Shown: piece by piece, positions 1 to 10,755 of the stretch
Layout: each line of letters begins with the position of its first letter
Position numbering within the stretch: position 1 is the first letter of the stretch
Source of the DNA: Octopus bimaculoides
Taxonomy: Eukaryota
Direction of reading: 5' to 3'
Length of the DNA: 46,285 nucleotides
NCBI RefSeq assembly: GCF_001194135.2
Contig: NC_069006.1
Coordinates: 25,137,507 to 25,183,791 of the forward strand
The notes under the pieces: model-generated
What the model was told of the DNA's origin: nothing
Seen by the model: only the letters and a program-made list of their open reading frames with translations
Database searches by the model: none
Program-made: the position numbers and the translations under genes

Positions 1-275
1 TGCTGCTGTTGTTGTTGTTGTGGAGGTGGCGGAGGAGGTGGTGGTGGTGGCGGTGACGGTGTCTGTTGTGGCAGAGATGAGGGAGGAGGTGCCGCTGTCT
101 GTGGTTGAGGAACTGGGCACTCAGTAGGCACTGATGGGGGACGAGTCTCTCCCCTTGGGGTTGCAGTAGATGAAGGGGAAATGGTTGCAGGTAGCTGAGA
201 AGACAACTGAGGTTTGCACACCAAGTTATCTGCAGGGCTTGGTGTACTTGGTGGTGAATTTGAACTCAAATCATC
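1..275 (-). CDS. RERE: Atrophin/RERE coding exon, Pro/Ser/Gln-rich, runs off the window (DDLSSNSPPSTPSPAD...TPSPPPPPPPPPPQQQQQQ)
   Basis: Acceptor tcttttctttccag| at 277/276. Open frame in phase 0 to the window edge; composition typical of the atrophin Pro-rich region. Confidence 0.9.
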
Positions 276-310
276 CTGGAAAGAAAAGAAGACAACAGCA
301 AATTAAGCCA

Positions 311-682
311 TGTACAGGTAAAACACGTTAAGGTGTATACAAGTAAAATATGCTTTAAGATATGTACAGGTAAAATACATGTTAAGGTGAGTACAGGTAA
401 AACACACAATGAAGTAAGTATAAGTAAATTACATATTAAGGTGTGTACAGATAAAACACACATGAAGCCATGTACAGGTAAAATACACATCAAGGTGTGT
501 ACAGGTAAAATACACATTAAGCTGTGTACACATAAAACATACATTAAGCTGTGTACAGGTAAAACACACATTGAGCCATGTACAGGTAAAACAATAAACC
601 GTGTACAGGTAAAATACACATTAAAGTGTGTACAGGTAAAAAACACATTCAGGTGTGTACAGGCAAAACACAGAAACAGGTG
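311..682. repeat. 27-bp minisatellite, roughly 13-14 diverged copies (TGTACAGGTAAAATACACATTAAGGTG)
   Basis: Unit visible directly; explains the 9-aa periodic ORFs 333..683 and 266..646. Fills most of intron 276-760. Confidence 0.92.
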
Positions 683-760
683 AATGAATTAAGGTATGTA
701 AGTGAGAAAGATAAGTTTATGAATGAAAGAAAGGCAGGTGTAAAAGCTGCAAATTCTTAC

Positions 761-850
761 CTGGTTATTTTCAATATCACCTTCATTTCCATTCTCTTCA
801 TTTCCAGAGATGCTACTGCTGTCAGAAACCGATTCGGAATCTGAAGGACC
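761..850 (-). CDS. RERE: Atrophin/RERE coding exon, acidic (GPSDSESVSDSSSISGNEENGNEGDIENNQ)
   Basis: 90 nt, phase 0-0, acceptor ttgacacag| and donor CAG|gtaaga. Lies in ORF 689..871. Confidence 0.9.
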
Positions 851-929
851 CTGTGTCAATAAACAGTGCAAAAGATAAGAAGAAGAAGGCTTCCAAATGC
901 TGGCACAAGGCCAGCAGTTTTTTATATTA

Positions 930-1140
930 TGCTGACCCCAATAGTCAACTGGTACTTATTTTATGAATCCCCAAAAGGATGAACAGTAAAGTTAACTTCA
1001 GCAGAATTTGAGCTCAGAAGATAAGGACGGACAAAGTGGCGCTGAACATTTTGCCCCATTAATAATAAAAATAACAATAATCCTTTCTACTAAAGGCACA
1101 AGGCCTGAAATTCGGGGTGGGGGGATAGTTGATTACATCA
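930..1140 (-). mobile_element. Fragments of tRNA-derived SINE family A (two pieces)
   Basis: Matches the family A body (CATCCTTTTGGGG...AAAATAAGTACCAGTTGA) and tail (AATTTCAGGCCTTGTGCCTTTAGTAGAAAGGATT) seen in other copies in the window. Confidence 0.75.
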
Positions 1141-1470
1141 AAAGGGCTAATTTTGAAAATAATCACGAATTTGGAAGGCTTTAGTATAATAACTTGATCA
1201 ATATTAAGCTGATGTTTAGAACAGGACAATGAATAAAATGAAAGGTTTTCAGAAGTTCGGTATCCAGAAACCACAGGTGGTTTCAGGTAGGATGGTATTA
1301 AAAGGGTTCGATAAAAATGTCTGATCTCTTATTGATGAGGAGGAATGGCAGACACCCTATTAATACTGGTCTCAGAAATATTTTGCTATTCAAAATTCCC
1401 CCTTCAGACATTTTTCAATGAAAATTGTCAAATGACCATTCCTAAAGCAGCAAACGACATGTCAACATAC

Positions 1471-1557
1471 CTGAGGCTTCTTTTTCTTGGAAAATTTGTC
1501 AGTTTCCAAATGATGCTGTCTTTTGCGACTTTTAACAGGACTCTCTGATGTGCCCTT
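1471..1557 (-). CDS. RERE: Atrophin/RERE coding exon, basic NLS-like (KGTSESPVKSRKRQHHLETDKFSKKKKPQ)
   Basis: 87 nt, phase 0-0, acceptor tttgcattcag| and donor CAG|gtatgt. Frame is continuous with both neighbours and it resembles RERE SSPLKSNKRQRE...SKKTKTQ (recalled). Confidence 0.9.
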
Positions 1558-2228
1558 CTGAATGCAAAGGAAAGACATTTGAAAAGAAAAAAACAAACAA
1601 AAACAATATATAACAGTAGAAATAGCAAAACAAAGAAAGTCTCTTACATATTTCTGTCTTTATATAACAACACAAGAGGATTTTAAATGACTGGGTTTAA
1701 TGGGAATTGTCTGAGCAGACAAGTGGTAATGGTTGTTATGTCAGCAACTGGATACTTCCTACAAAGCCATGGTTTCTGATTAACCAACAGGATGATGGCA
1801 TTGGCTTCTCTCATGAATCAGTCAATCATTGGTGATAATCTATTTATACTGATAAATAATCTGGGGTGTGACGTGCTGCGACATGTTTTCCAGCTCCAAC
1901 TTTGCTGCATTGGCCACAAACTTGGGTATTGCCACCCATAACACAGTGGAGAGAAAATATAAGACTCCTTATTTCAGGAATATAGAACTGTATTGTCCTA
2001 TTGGTAAGAAGCGGACAAGGCATCAATGGAGGTTTATAAGACTTAAAAATTCACTCTGACTATGCTATGCCTAAGGGCATAGCATAATGGATAGGGTAAA
2101 GACTCCCTTCGGCCATAAACGACCATGGGATTGCCATTAGAAAGCGCCTTAACAACCCCCAAAGAGTTAAGGGATTTGTCCAAGATTTTTTAAGCCTCAA
2201 CTAAAGAGAAGCCGGGGTTCAAAGTAGA

Positions 2229-2264
<36 letters not shown>

Positions 2265-2299
2265 TAGAGAAGATGGCAGTGAGACAAGTTGCTACTCAC

Positions 2300-2485
2300 C
2301 CTAAGTCTTGTAGTTGCTGTTGTCGTCTTTTTGTCACGGTCAGTGCTACTGTTACTACAGGTACTGACTGTGCTGGGAGATTTGCGACCAGTTATCTTCT
2401 GTGAACTCGATGAACTGTTGAGAGGACTATCAATATTATCTGGGCTACTAGTACTGTGGCGGTCCTTTTTCTTGCTTTTACCAGC
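2300..2485 (-). CDS. RERE: Atrophin/RERE coding exon, Ser-rich ([16 protein letters not shown]...[30 protein letters not shown])
   Basis: 186 nt, phase 0-0, acceptor tcgttacag| and donor AGG|gtgagt. [13 protein letters not shown] resembles RERE GRNSPSAASTSSN (recalled). Confidence 0.93.
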
Positions 2486-2622
2486 CTGTAACGACACAAA
2501 TGTAAACAAATCTGATTGGTATAGGGGTCCATGACTAGGGAGCAAACAGCAGAACATGAAAGGCAGGACAAATACTTCCAGGCTGAAGCACCAAAGTGAA
2601 AAAGAGAAACAGAATTACTCAC

Positions 2623-2822
2623 AGATTCTCGGCTGCGCCTAGTGCGCATATTGTGTTTGCCGTTAATAGTTTCGTCCTCTTGGACTGGCTTGAAAAGAAA
2701 TGGCGGAGGATCAGGCGGACTATCCACTACAGGTCTATCTTCACCATACTTTTTGAAAAACAAACGGCAGTCAGTGCACAGGAGTGCTTTATCCTTGCCT
2801 GCATGGTGCCAGTCCTTGGACG
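2623..2822 (-). CDS. RERE: Atrophin/RERE coding exon: second half of GATA-type zinc finger and start of atrophin region ([30 protein letters not shown]...[14 protein letters not shown])
   Basis: 200 nt, phase 1-0, acceptor gtctttcag| and donor TCT|gtgagt. Completes a C-x2-C-x18-C-x2-C finger with the previous exon. Lies in ORF 2392..2889. Confidence 0.97.
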
Positions 2823-3044
2823 CTGAAAGACAAAGGGGGGAGAAAAAAACAAAGAAAAGAAAATTTACATTTAAGATATTATTCAACAAAATACAGCTGA
2901 TGGTAATTAAAAGTTTCGAGAATAAACTTTTATGGAATGAATTGACATTTAAACGGGTAATATCTAACCTCTTACACCAACCCTACAATGTCATTCTAAA
3001 AATACATAATCATCATTTAATGTCCTTTGTCCACTAATGCTAAG

Positions 3045-3267
3045 GAGCATAGGGTCAGTTTCTTGGTTTTTCTGGGGTATATAGTCCTACCTGGACAGGG
3101 TACCGGTTTGTCACAGGATGACTCATTCTTGCTGGCTGAGTGGACTGGAGCAACGTGAAATGAAGTGTCTTGCTCAAGAAGACAATGCATCGCCCAGTCC
3201 AGGAATTGAAATCACAATCTTATGATCATGAGTTTAACACCCTAACCACGAAGCCATGTGCCTCCAC
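3045..3267 (-). mobile_element. tRNA-derived SINE family C (TTGAGCAAGACACTT central motif)
   Basis: tRNA-like head, CORE-like TTGAGCAAG motif, GCTCCAGTCCACTCAGC; homologous to 10520-10755 and 11765-12080. Confidence 0.8.
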
Positions 3268-3284
3268 TATCATAATATCAATCA

Positions 3285-3478
3285 CAAATTTTGGCAAAAT
3301 TTCTGGGGAGGGTGTAAGTTGATGACATCGACCCCAGTACGCAACTGGTATTTTATCAACCCCCAAAGATGAAAGGCAAATCTGACCTTGGTGGAATTTG
3401 AACTAGGAAGGCAAAAACAGATGAAATAGTGCTAAGCATTCTGCCTGGAGCACTCACGATTCCTGTAGCTCACTGCCT
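3285..3478 (-). mobile_element. tRNA-derived SINE family A
   Basis: Box B-like GTTCAAATTCC and TTTCATCTTTGGGGGTTGATAAAATACCAG body shared with 26440-26661. Confidence 0.82.
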
Positions 3479-3556
3479 TGGTATTTATTATGTTAAACAA
3501 TTGATTATTTTGTGAGAGAGAAACATTGTGATCCATGAGAAATCAAAGAGACTTAC

Positions 3557-3652
3557 TAGTAGTAAAGCAGCGTCTACATGAGTAGCCACTCAAGTCGCGC
3601 CCTTCGCTGTCATCTGAGTCATTATCAGATATTTCACTAGCAGAACTGAGAT
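3557..3652 (-). CDS. RERE: Atrophin/RERE coding exon: acidic linker and first half of GATA-type zinc finger (LSSASEISDNDSDDSEGRDLSGYSCRRCFTT)
   Basis: 96 nt, phase 1-1, acceptor ttattcttcag| and donor CTA|gtaagt. Resembles RERE [29 protein letters not shown] (recalled). Confidence 0.96.
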
Positions 3653-3769
3653 CTGAAGAATAAAAGCAAAGACAAACAGTTTACAATTCAGCAATATTTA
3701 ATTTTCAAAATATAAACGATTGCAGCGTATTAGCTATTTTTCAATGTTCCTTGACCATTTAATTCAGAC

Positions 3770-3920
3770 ACGTTTGTTTTTTTTTCTCACCCCATCTATT
3801 ACTTCTGAAGAAGAGCGTAAGCTCAAAACATTAAAAACATTTTCCCACTGTTTTCTGAGCATAAACCTAATAGACTCCATTTGCTGTTCTTTTACTTCGT
3901 CTTTAGATTTCTTTTTTTTA
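3770..3920 (+). mobile_element. Probable Penelope-like element terminal fragment with decayed minimal hammerhead motif
   Basis: CTGAAGA-A-GAGC-GTAA-GCTC-(G>A)AAAC at 3805-3829, the arrangement characteristic of PLE-associated minimal hammerheads. Boundaries uncertain. Confidence 0.5.
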
Positions 3921-4712
3921 AATTTGTGGACAATATTAACCATTATCCAGAAATCTTCCATCACACATCTGTGACCTTTTCAAAGACACTTTCCATCCTT
4001 GTGTGTGCACCTGCTCCACTTAGTCCATTCTATGAATGAACTAAACCGGACTAAGCAGAGCAGGAGAACACGAGAATAGAAAGTGTCGCTAAAAATGATA
4101 CAGATTGACCATTATACTTCACTTAAACATTTACTATGGACTGTAGATCACTGCAGCGCAACTTTGTCAACGATCAGTTTGTATAACAAATATTCTGACA
4201 CCAAATAACCAATAATTGTTTGAGTGAAGTTAACTGCCTTCATGCATTTTTAATAGTTAAAAGGTCTTTTTCCATACTGTAACCATATCAGTTTCAACAC
4301 ACGGTCTCGCATCAAATAACTTGTCTAGTAAACTGCAGCTCTGAAATTTCAGGGTAGAATTTTCCATCCACAATACAATAAAACAAGGATTCTCAAACCA
4401 GGGTACTCTACCCCTAGGGATATACAAGAGAGATCAGAGAGGTTTGTGAATTTTGTAAAAATACTGAAATTTTCAAGTAACACAACTGATTCAATGCAAG
4501 TCTTGTGTTAAGAAAAAACAGGAAAAATAATCCAGAATCCTTGTCTGCTACTGGATTGATCCCAAAATCTAATCAGTTTGTGCTAGTCATGAGGCTAAAC
4601 ATCCCTGAAAGTTTCATCCGAATCCATCCAGCAGTTCTCAAGCTATTTTGTCCATGGACAAACAAACATGACTGAAAACAATACCTCCGCCTTCAGTAAG
4701 GTGGAGGTAGCA

Positions 4713-4749
<37 letters not shown>

Positions 4750-4759
4750 TAATAATAGT

Positions 4760-4915
4760 AACCTTTTCTACTATAGGCAAAAAGCCTGAAATTTTTGGGT
4801 GGTGGTGGTCGATTACATTGATCTCAGTGCTTAACTGCTTCTGTATATTATTGGCCCAGCAAAATTTGAGCTCTGAACGTGAAGACAGATGAAATGTCAC
4901 TGAACATTTTGTCCA
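4760..4915 (-). mobile_element. SINE family A, truncated, with (AAT)n at its 3' end
   Basis: Tail GCCTATAGTAGAAAAGG next to (TAT)n and body homologous to other A copies. Confidence 0.72.
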
Positions 4916-5081
4916 GTTTGGGAAGCTATGATTAACAGAGATTAACTGCTCATGGTAAAAAATAAGCTGGTATCTTAACTTCAGAGATTTATTGATTTAC
5001 TTCAAGACTGAAGCCATCTTCTACAATGGAATAATAGAGTAAGAATTAAAAAAATAAAAAAATAAAAAAAGGAAATCTTAC

Positions 5082-5220
5082 AGAATTCACTGGATGGCGG
5101 TCTCTGAGATCGTGTTGTCTGTCTTTTCAAACCACTCTGCCGACGATGTCGTCGATGGGGCCGGGCCGTAATGCCAGCTGGAGTCTTCTTCCAGAAATAG
5201 TAGTATTCAACCAGTTCACC
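5082..5220 (-). CDS. RERE: Atrophin/RERE coding exon: SANT helix 3 and basic linker (GELVEYYYFWKKTPAGITARPHRRHRRQSGLKRQTTRSQRPPSSEF)
   Basis: 139 nt, phase 0-1, acceptor ttttccccag| and donor TCT|gtaaga. Carries the YYY(F)WKK SANT signature and the HRRHRRQ and RPPSSEF motifs of RERE. Confidence 0.97.
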
Positions 5221-5477
5221 CTGGGGAAAAGGAAAGAAAAAAATATTGAACAGATGAGAAGAGTTTGGCAGGAGACAAACATTGTAAGTACAGGAAAGTT
5301 GAGGGGCCGTAACAGAGAATCAGGGTCCATTGGGCCCCACCACTTGTTTACAAAGGAAGAAAACAGAACCCTTAGAAGTCAGGGGTTTCTTCCCTCTTGT
5401 GAATAAATTCAATATTTCTGTTGGTGAAGAAACTGATTCACCAATATTTTCAGTCTGGTTTACTCTTTTACTTGTTT

Positions 5478-5635
5478 CAGTCATTTTGACTGCAGCCATG
5501 CTGGAGCACCGCCTTTAGTCGAGCAAACCAACCCCAGGACTTATTCTTTGTAAGTCCAGTACTGAAAAGGCAGAGTCGACCTCGGCAGAATTTGAACTCA
5601 GAACGTTGCTTTGGGCAAAATATCGCCAAGCATTT
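5478..5635 (-). mobile_element. SINE fragment (A-type head joined to B-type 3' end)
   Basis: GAGTTCAAATTCTGCCGAGGTCGAC head plus GGTGCTCCAGCATGGCTGCAGTC tail on the minus strand. Confidence 0.65.
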
Positions 5636-6039
5636 CGAATAACAAAACAGTTACAATGTTACACAATGTTGGTAATAATAGTAATTAAACTAAAACTTAA
5701 TTAATTATAGTGGAAGTAGATATTAGTTAAAAGAGTAGAAACACTAATGATTTAACAACAATTAGTATAAGAATGACCAACAGAAATATATTAATACGGC
5801 TTTATATGTTTGTGTTGGAGGGAACTTCTATGTAGTCGCTATTGCTAGAAACAACAGCCAAATCTCACTGAAAATACAGCCTACAATACAAAAAACAAAA
5901 GATTTATTGAATAATGTAGTTGCAGATATGAACAAAGGCCGGACAGGCACATATAGACTGACCAGGATGTAAGCCACCACCAACACCACCAGAACAAGCG
6001 AATGAGGCATCTGTCAGTTATGGCCACGTACAGAGCACT

Positions 6040-6290
6040 TAGGCAGGTGTGACATACAGAGCACTCGTGCTGGTGCCATGTACGAAGCATCTGTACTGGT
6101 GCCACATAAAAAAGCACCCAGTACACTCTATGAAGTGGTTGGCACTAGAAAGAGCACCCAGCCATAGGAAACCATGCAAAAACAGACAATTGGGACCTGG
6201 TGCAGCTCCCCAACCCAGCCAGGCTCCTGTAAAACTGTCCAACCCATGCCAGCAGGGAAAATGGACATTAAACGATGGATAATGATTTCT
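6040..6290 (+). mobile_element. SINE 3' module D ending in (GAT)n-like tail
   Basis: GTGGTTGGCACTAGAAAGAGCACCCAGCC...CCAACCCATGCCAGCAGGGAAAATGGACATTAAACGATG; six or more related copies in the window. Confidence 0.78.
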
Positions 6291-6669
6291 CAGAGTATGA
6301 TATATATCCTACAACAATTAATTTATTAATAAGCTGCGAATGTTGAAAGACTATATTACTTATCGACATTAAATATCTGTACAGAAGGAAATAAATGGAA
6401 CAAGAAAAAAAGCAACATCAAGAAACTAGCACCAAACACGTAGTTTATCCTGCTTTGGTATAGGGTTACTCAACCAATTATATCATTATTATTATTATTA
6501 TTATTATCATTCACCAACTCCACTCCTGGTTCTCAAATGATTATAACATTGGCTGTGTATCACGTGACTAAGATTTACTCTGCTAGAGTTTACAGTAATT
6601 GTTTCCTGGAAAGTGAAAGGGGGTGAACAGTACTGCTGAGCAGAGTTCAATACCGTAGTGGGCCATTTA

Positions 6670-6900
6670 TCTTTTACTTGCTTCAGTCATTGGAATGCAG
6701 CCATGCTGGAGCACTGTCTTTAAGTGTTCCAACTGAATGAATCGAACCCAGTTCTTATTTTCCTGAAGTACCAACCTTATTCTATCAGTTTCTTTTGCCA
6801 AACTGCTAAGTTACAGGAAGGGAAAAAAACCAACACCAATTGTCAAGCAATGGTGGGCAACAAACAAAAGCAAGAAAAACATCTATCTATCCACATCCCC
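6670..6900 (-). mobile_element. SINE family B 3' half
   Basis: Homologous to the 3' half of 12722-13060 and 38725-39040. Confidence 0.72.
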
Positions 6901-7624
6901 CAAGGCTCTGGCCGAGTGCTTTACCACTAAGTTAAAACTGCCCACTGACAACGACAACTTTTTCCACTTTGTAATATTGACCCAATTTTTGCTGCTGTTT
7001 TAACAGCGATACTGCATTTGAAAATATCGCTTTGTATCGTATGATCCACATTCGATGCTTCTAAAAAGCAAATGTAAGTTTATTTGTCTACACACATAGA
7101 AGAATAGGTTTGATATTGTATGTTTTAATGGCAACAGGTCGTAGAGCTACTTATACAGTTCAATCAGTGACAAGATATATCTATATGCAATAGATTTTTA
7201 TACGAGATTACAGATTTAGATAAACAAAGATGACATCGAATGAAACTGTTAATAGTTCCAGCATGATCTACCAGGAAAGGGACCACTGGTTTACAGATAG
7301 CTCATCCTTTTATTTCGCACAACAGCAACCATCAAAACAAAACCATACCACTTTAGTACACATCATATTTCAGTTGCAACAACAAATTGACAAAGTACGA
7401 AACAGGAGACAAGAATGATTAAGTCAGAGATTATCATTTGCTCAGAGACAGAGAGAGGCAGAAGAGGAATTATCTAGATTTAAACACTTAAAACACAAGC
7501 AAGTTAATCAGAATTACTTAATCCAACAAATCCAATGCCAGATAGAGTTTGGAGCTTACTTCCTCTCATCGTAGTATAGAATTCCTTACTCAACACCAAA
7601 GATTTCAATCTAAAGACTGAAACA

Positions 7625-7790
7625 TCATTTAACATCCATTTTCCATGTTGGCATGGGTCGGATGGTTTGACTTGGTTTCTACAGCTGGATGCCCTTCCTA
7701 ATGCCAACCACCTTAGAAAATGTACTGGGTGCTTTTTATATGGCACTATCACCAGTGCTTTTTACTGGACTTGGTACCATCACAATACTT
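7625..7790 (-). mobile_element. SINE 3' module D
   Basis: CATCATTTAACATCCATTTTCCATGTTGGCATGGGTCGGATGG...CAGCTGGATGCCCTTCCTAATGCCAACC on the plus strand. Confidence 0.8.
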
Positions 7791-7854
7791 TTTATATAGA
7801 ACCAGTACAATCCACATCCAAATAGAACTCACTATTGCCAAGTGGTGTTATAAA

Positions 7855-8146
7855 ACGAAGAGGTAAGGCTTTAAAACAGTCAAGGTAAGGTTTTATAAAA
7901 GTAAAGATAAGGCTGGATGATCTTCAAGGAAAGGTTTTACAGGTGTCAAAGTAAGGTTTACAACAGTGAAGTCAAGGTAAGCTTTTCTAAAAGTGAACAC
8001 AAAGTTTCATAATGTTCAAAGTAAGGTTTTATAACATTGTAGGTAAAGTTCTGTAAAAGTCATGATAATGTCTTACACCTGTGAAGGTACGGCTATGTAA
8101 AAATGAAGACAAAGTTTTCCTAACATTTCAGGTAAGGTTATATGAC
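7855..8146. repeat. Degenerate ~21-bp minisatellite (CAAGGTAAGGTTTTATAAAAGT-like)
   Basis: Recurring AGGTAAG/AAGTAAGG cores at about 21-nt spacing. Confidence 0.75.
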
Positions 8147-8550
8147 TCTGCCAGCTCACCTCTGAAACATGAGTTTGGTTTAATTAATTAAGAAGAGAGA
8201 GAAGTGTGCAAGACAAGACTGAGCTGAGCTGAGAAAGGATTCGTTTAAACTGAAGCACTTTAATAAGGACAAAACAACAAAATGACCAACAAGCAAATGG
8301 AAACTTCCAGAGAGAAAACAAACAGAAGACAATAAACAAAAGTAAAAGAAGAATTGAAGAAGACGAAGACACACACACACACACTTGGCCCACAGGAGAT
8401 TAATTATTCAGTAAGATGTGGTAATAGTCTCCTTCAATATGTATAAGCTTTCTCAAACAACAAGCTAATAAATATTAAGTTTCTATTTTGCTTTGATAGC
8501 CACCACCACCACCACTCCAGTCGCCATCACATCGATACTACTCTATTACC

Positions 8551-8586
<36 letters not shown>

Positions 8587-9039
8587 TTCCCACAGCTGTT
8601 ACATTCAACTGTACAACATAAACAAACAATAGTAGATTCAGGACAAGAACAACATCACCACCACCACCAACAACAACAAACTCCAACCATGTGGTTACCA
8701 TCACAACAGATTACTGGCTCTGTTCACCAGGGTGATTAGCTGTTTAATAATTCCACCAGGGTTCAAACAAGTGTTGTTAATTTCTGAGGAACTGCTTTAA
8801 ATACCACCACCACCACCACCACCACCACCAGCAGCAGCAGCTATTTAGAAATTATTTACAGCTGTTTTAACCTCTTCTGAAATTATTAACACTTGATGTG
8901 ATAATAATGTTTAGTTGTAAAGAAAGTGTTTAACAAAACTGGTGATAGCTCTGAGAAAAGCTGGCTGCTGCCACCACCAGCATTTGTTTCCTGTTTAACC
9001 AGTTAACAAGTAACAGACCTCTACTTATTCTGCCATTTC

Positions 9040-9170
9040 ATCGATTTTGCCCCATGTCCTTTCAGGGTTGATGAAATAAGTGCCAGTTAAATACTGGGGT
9101 CAATGTAATCAGCAAGCCCTCCCCCTCAAAATTTCAGGATTTGTGCCTATAGTAGAAAGGATTATTATTA
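9040..9170 (+). mobile_element. SINE family A 3' part
   Basis: GTTGATGAAATAAGTGCCAGTT...AAATTTCAGGATTTGTGCCTATAGTAGAAAGGATTATT. Confidence 0.75.
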
Positions 9171-9966
9171 TTATTATTAAAGTATGAGGAAGAAATAATG
9201 TGAATAGAAGAGGAATGTTGAAGTTAGTGTCTATATATTTGTTCGGCTGTTGAAGCCAGGCTGTGTCACTTGTGATAAATAACAGTGCTTTGTCGGATGA
9301 TATCATGTAAAACAGTTTCTCAAATGACAACTGCTCCTCCCAGGCATAAAGCATTCGCTTCACAAACCACTGAGTAACGATAGTAAACGAGAGAGAGGGA
9401 GAGAAGAGCAAACTTTTAATTGCTTAAATACAATTATTTGAATAAAAAAACAATTTGTTTCAACCAGAGTTAAAAAAAAACAAAAACGAAAAATTAAAAT
9501 CTAAACCGTTTCCTGGTAAAGAGGCAAATTTAGAGGAAAATTAAGACAAAATTATGATAAAAAGTTCAAGCAAAGTAGAATTGAAACAGCAGAAATATAC
9601 CTACATCTGTACCTACCTACTTACCTACATATCTACCGACCGACCTACCTACCTACAATAAACATCAACTGACAAGTATTTCAAACCTAAGAGGCTTACT
9701 TATCTTTTGACAGATTCTAATAAATCCTGCCTGGATTAGCAAACTAAGTCTTTTTTTAATACAAGTCAGTAATTTAACAACAATAATTTGAGATAAAAAA
9801 AAAACACAGCAACTGAGGGGTAAAAAACAATACAAAAGACACCGAAATTAGTATTAAAATTATGGCTAAGTGCTGCCTGAAAGCGACCATGGAAAGAGAG
9901 TTTGTGAGTGTGTGTGTGCGTGTTTATATATGAGTATGTATGTGTGTGTATATTTATGTATGTGTT

Positions 9967-10020
<54 letters not shown>

Positions 10021-10519
10021 GCTTGTGGGCAAACTCGGCCAGGTTTGTCCCCCCCCCCCTTCCAGAGAATAAATAACAGTTACTAAAGTGAGCTTTACTT
10101 CCACTGGATCAATGTAGAGGTAATTAGAAACATTTAATTAACAGTGTTAATTAGTAACACTTCTTAATAAAATAAGAAGTTACAAAGTTATGTCTTACAC
10201 TAAGTTCCAACAAACCCAGCCAACCCTCACAAGAAACCAATTCACTCAGAATTCCATAAACTATTTTAGTTGATAAAGGGGGTGGGGGGAGTGGATGGGT
10301 CTTTAAATAATTAAGCTAAACGATCAAATCTAACGAGTTCTCTGTTTGGGTTATTGAAGATTCCGAAGTAATAAACTAATTGGAAAATTTTAAGTGTAGG
10401 GGTCAACGAGTTCATGTTTTAACTTTTATGTTATTGTAGGGCAGGGGGTTTTCAACTCAGGCCCATATGACCTTTGGGGGTTATATAAGATTTTGTTGTT
10501 AAAATTTATATACAATAAA

Positions 10520-10755
10520 ACTGGCTTAGTGGCTCATGATTGTCAAGTTGTGAGTTTGATTCCCAGCAGCATACATTGTGTCCTTGAGCAAGGCACTTTA
10601 TTCCACATTGCTCCAATCCACTCAGCTGGCAAAAATGAGTTCTACCTGTAATTCCAAAGGGGGCCAGCCTTGTCACATTCTCTGTCATGCTGAATCTCCC
10701 TGAGAACTCCATTAAGGGTATGCATGCCTGTGGAGTACTCAGCCATTTGCAAGAA
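10520..10755 (+). mobile_element. SINE family C
   Basis: GTCCTTGAGCAAGGCACTT...GCTCCAATCCACTCAGCTGGCAAAAATGAGT. Confidence 0.8.

Noticed and set aside
333-683. 116-aa ORF with CTGKIHIKV repeats (and the 126-aa antisense ORF)
   Set aside because: A by-product of the 27-bp minisatellite, whose unit is a multiple of 3; it lies inside a well-defined intron.
9109-9411. 100-aa minus-strand ORF as a missing RERE exon
   Set aside because: No similarity to RERE, and the SANT domain is complete without it; its end runs into (AAT)n and a SINE.
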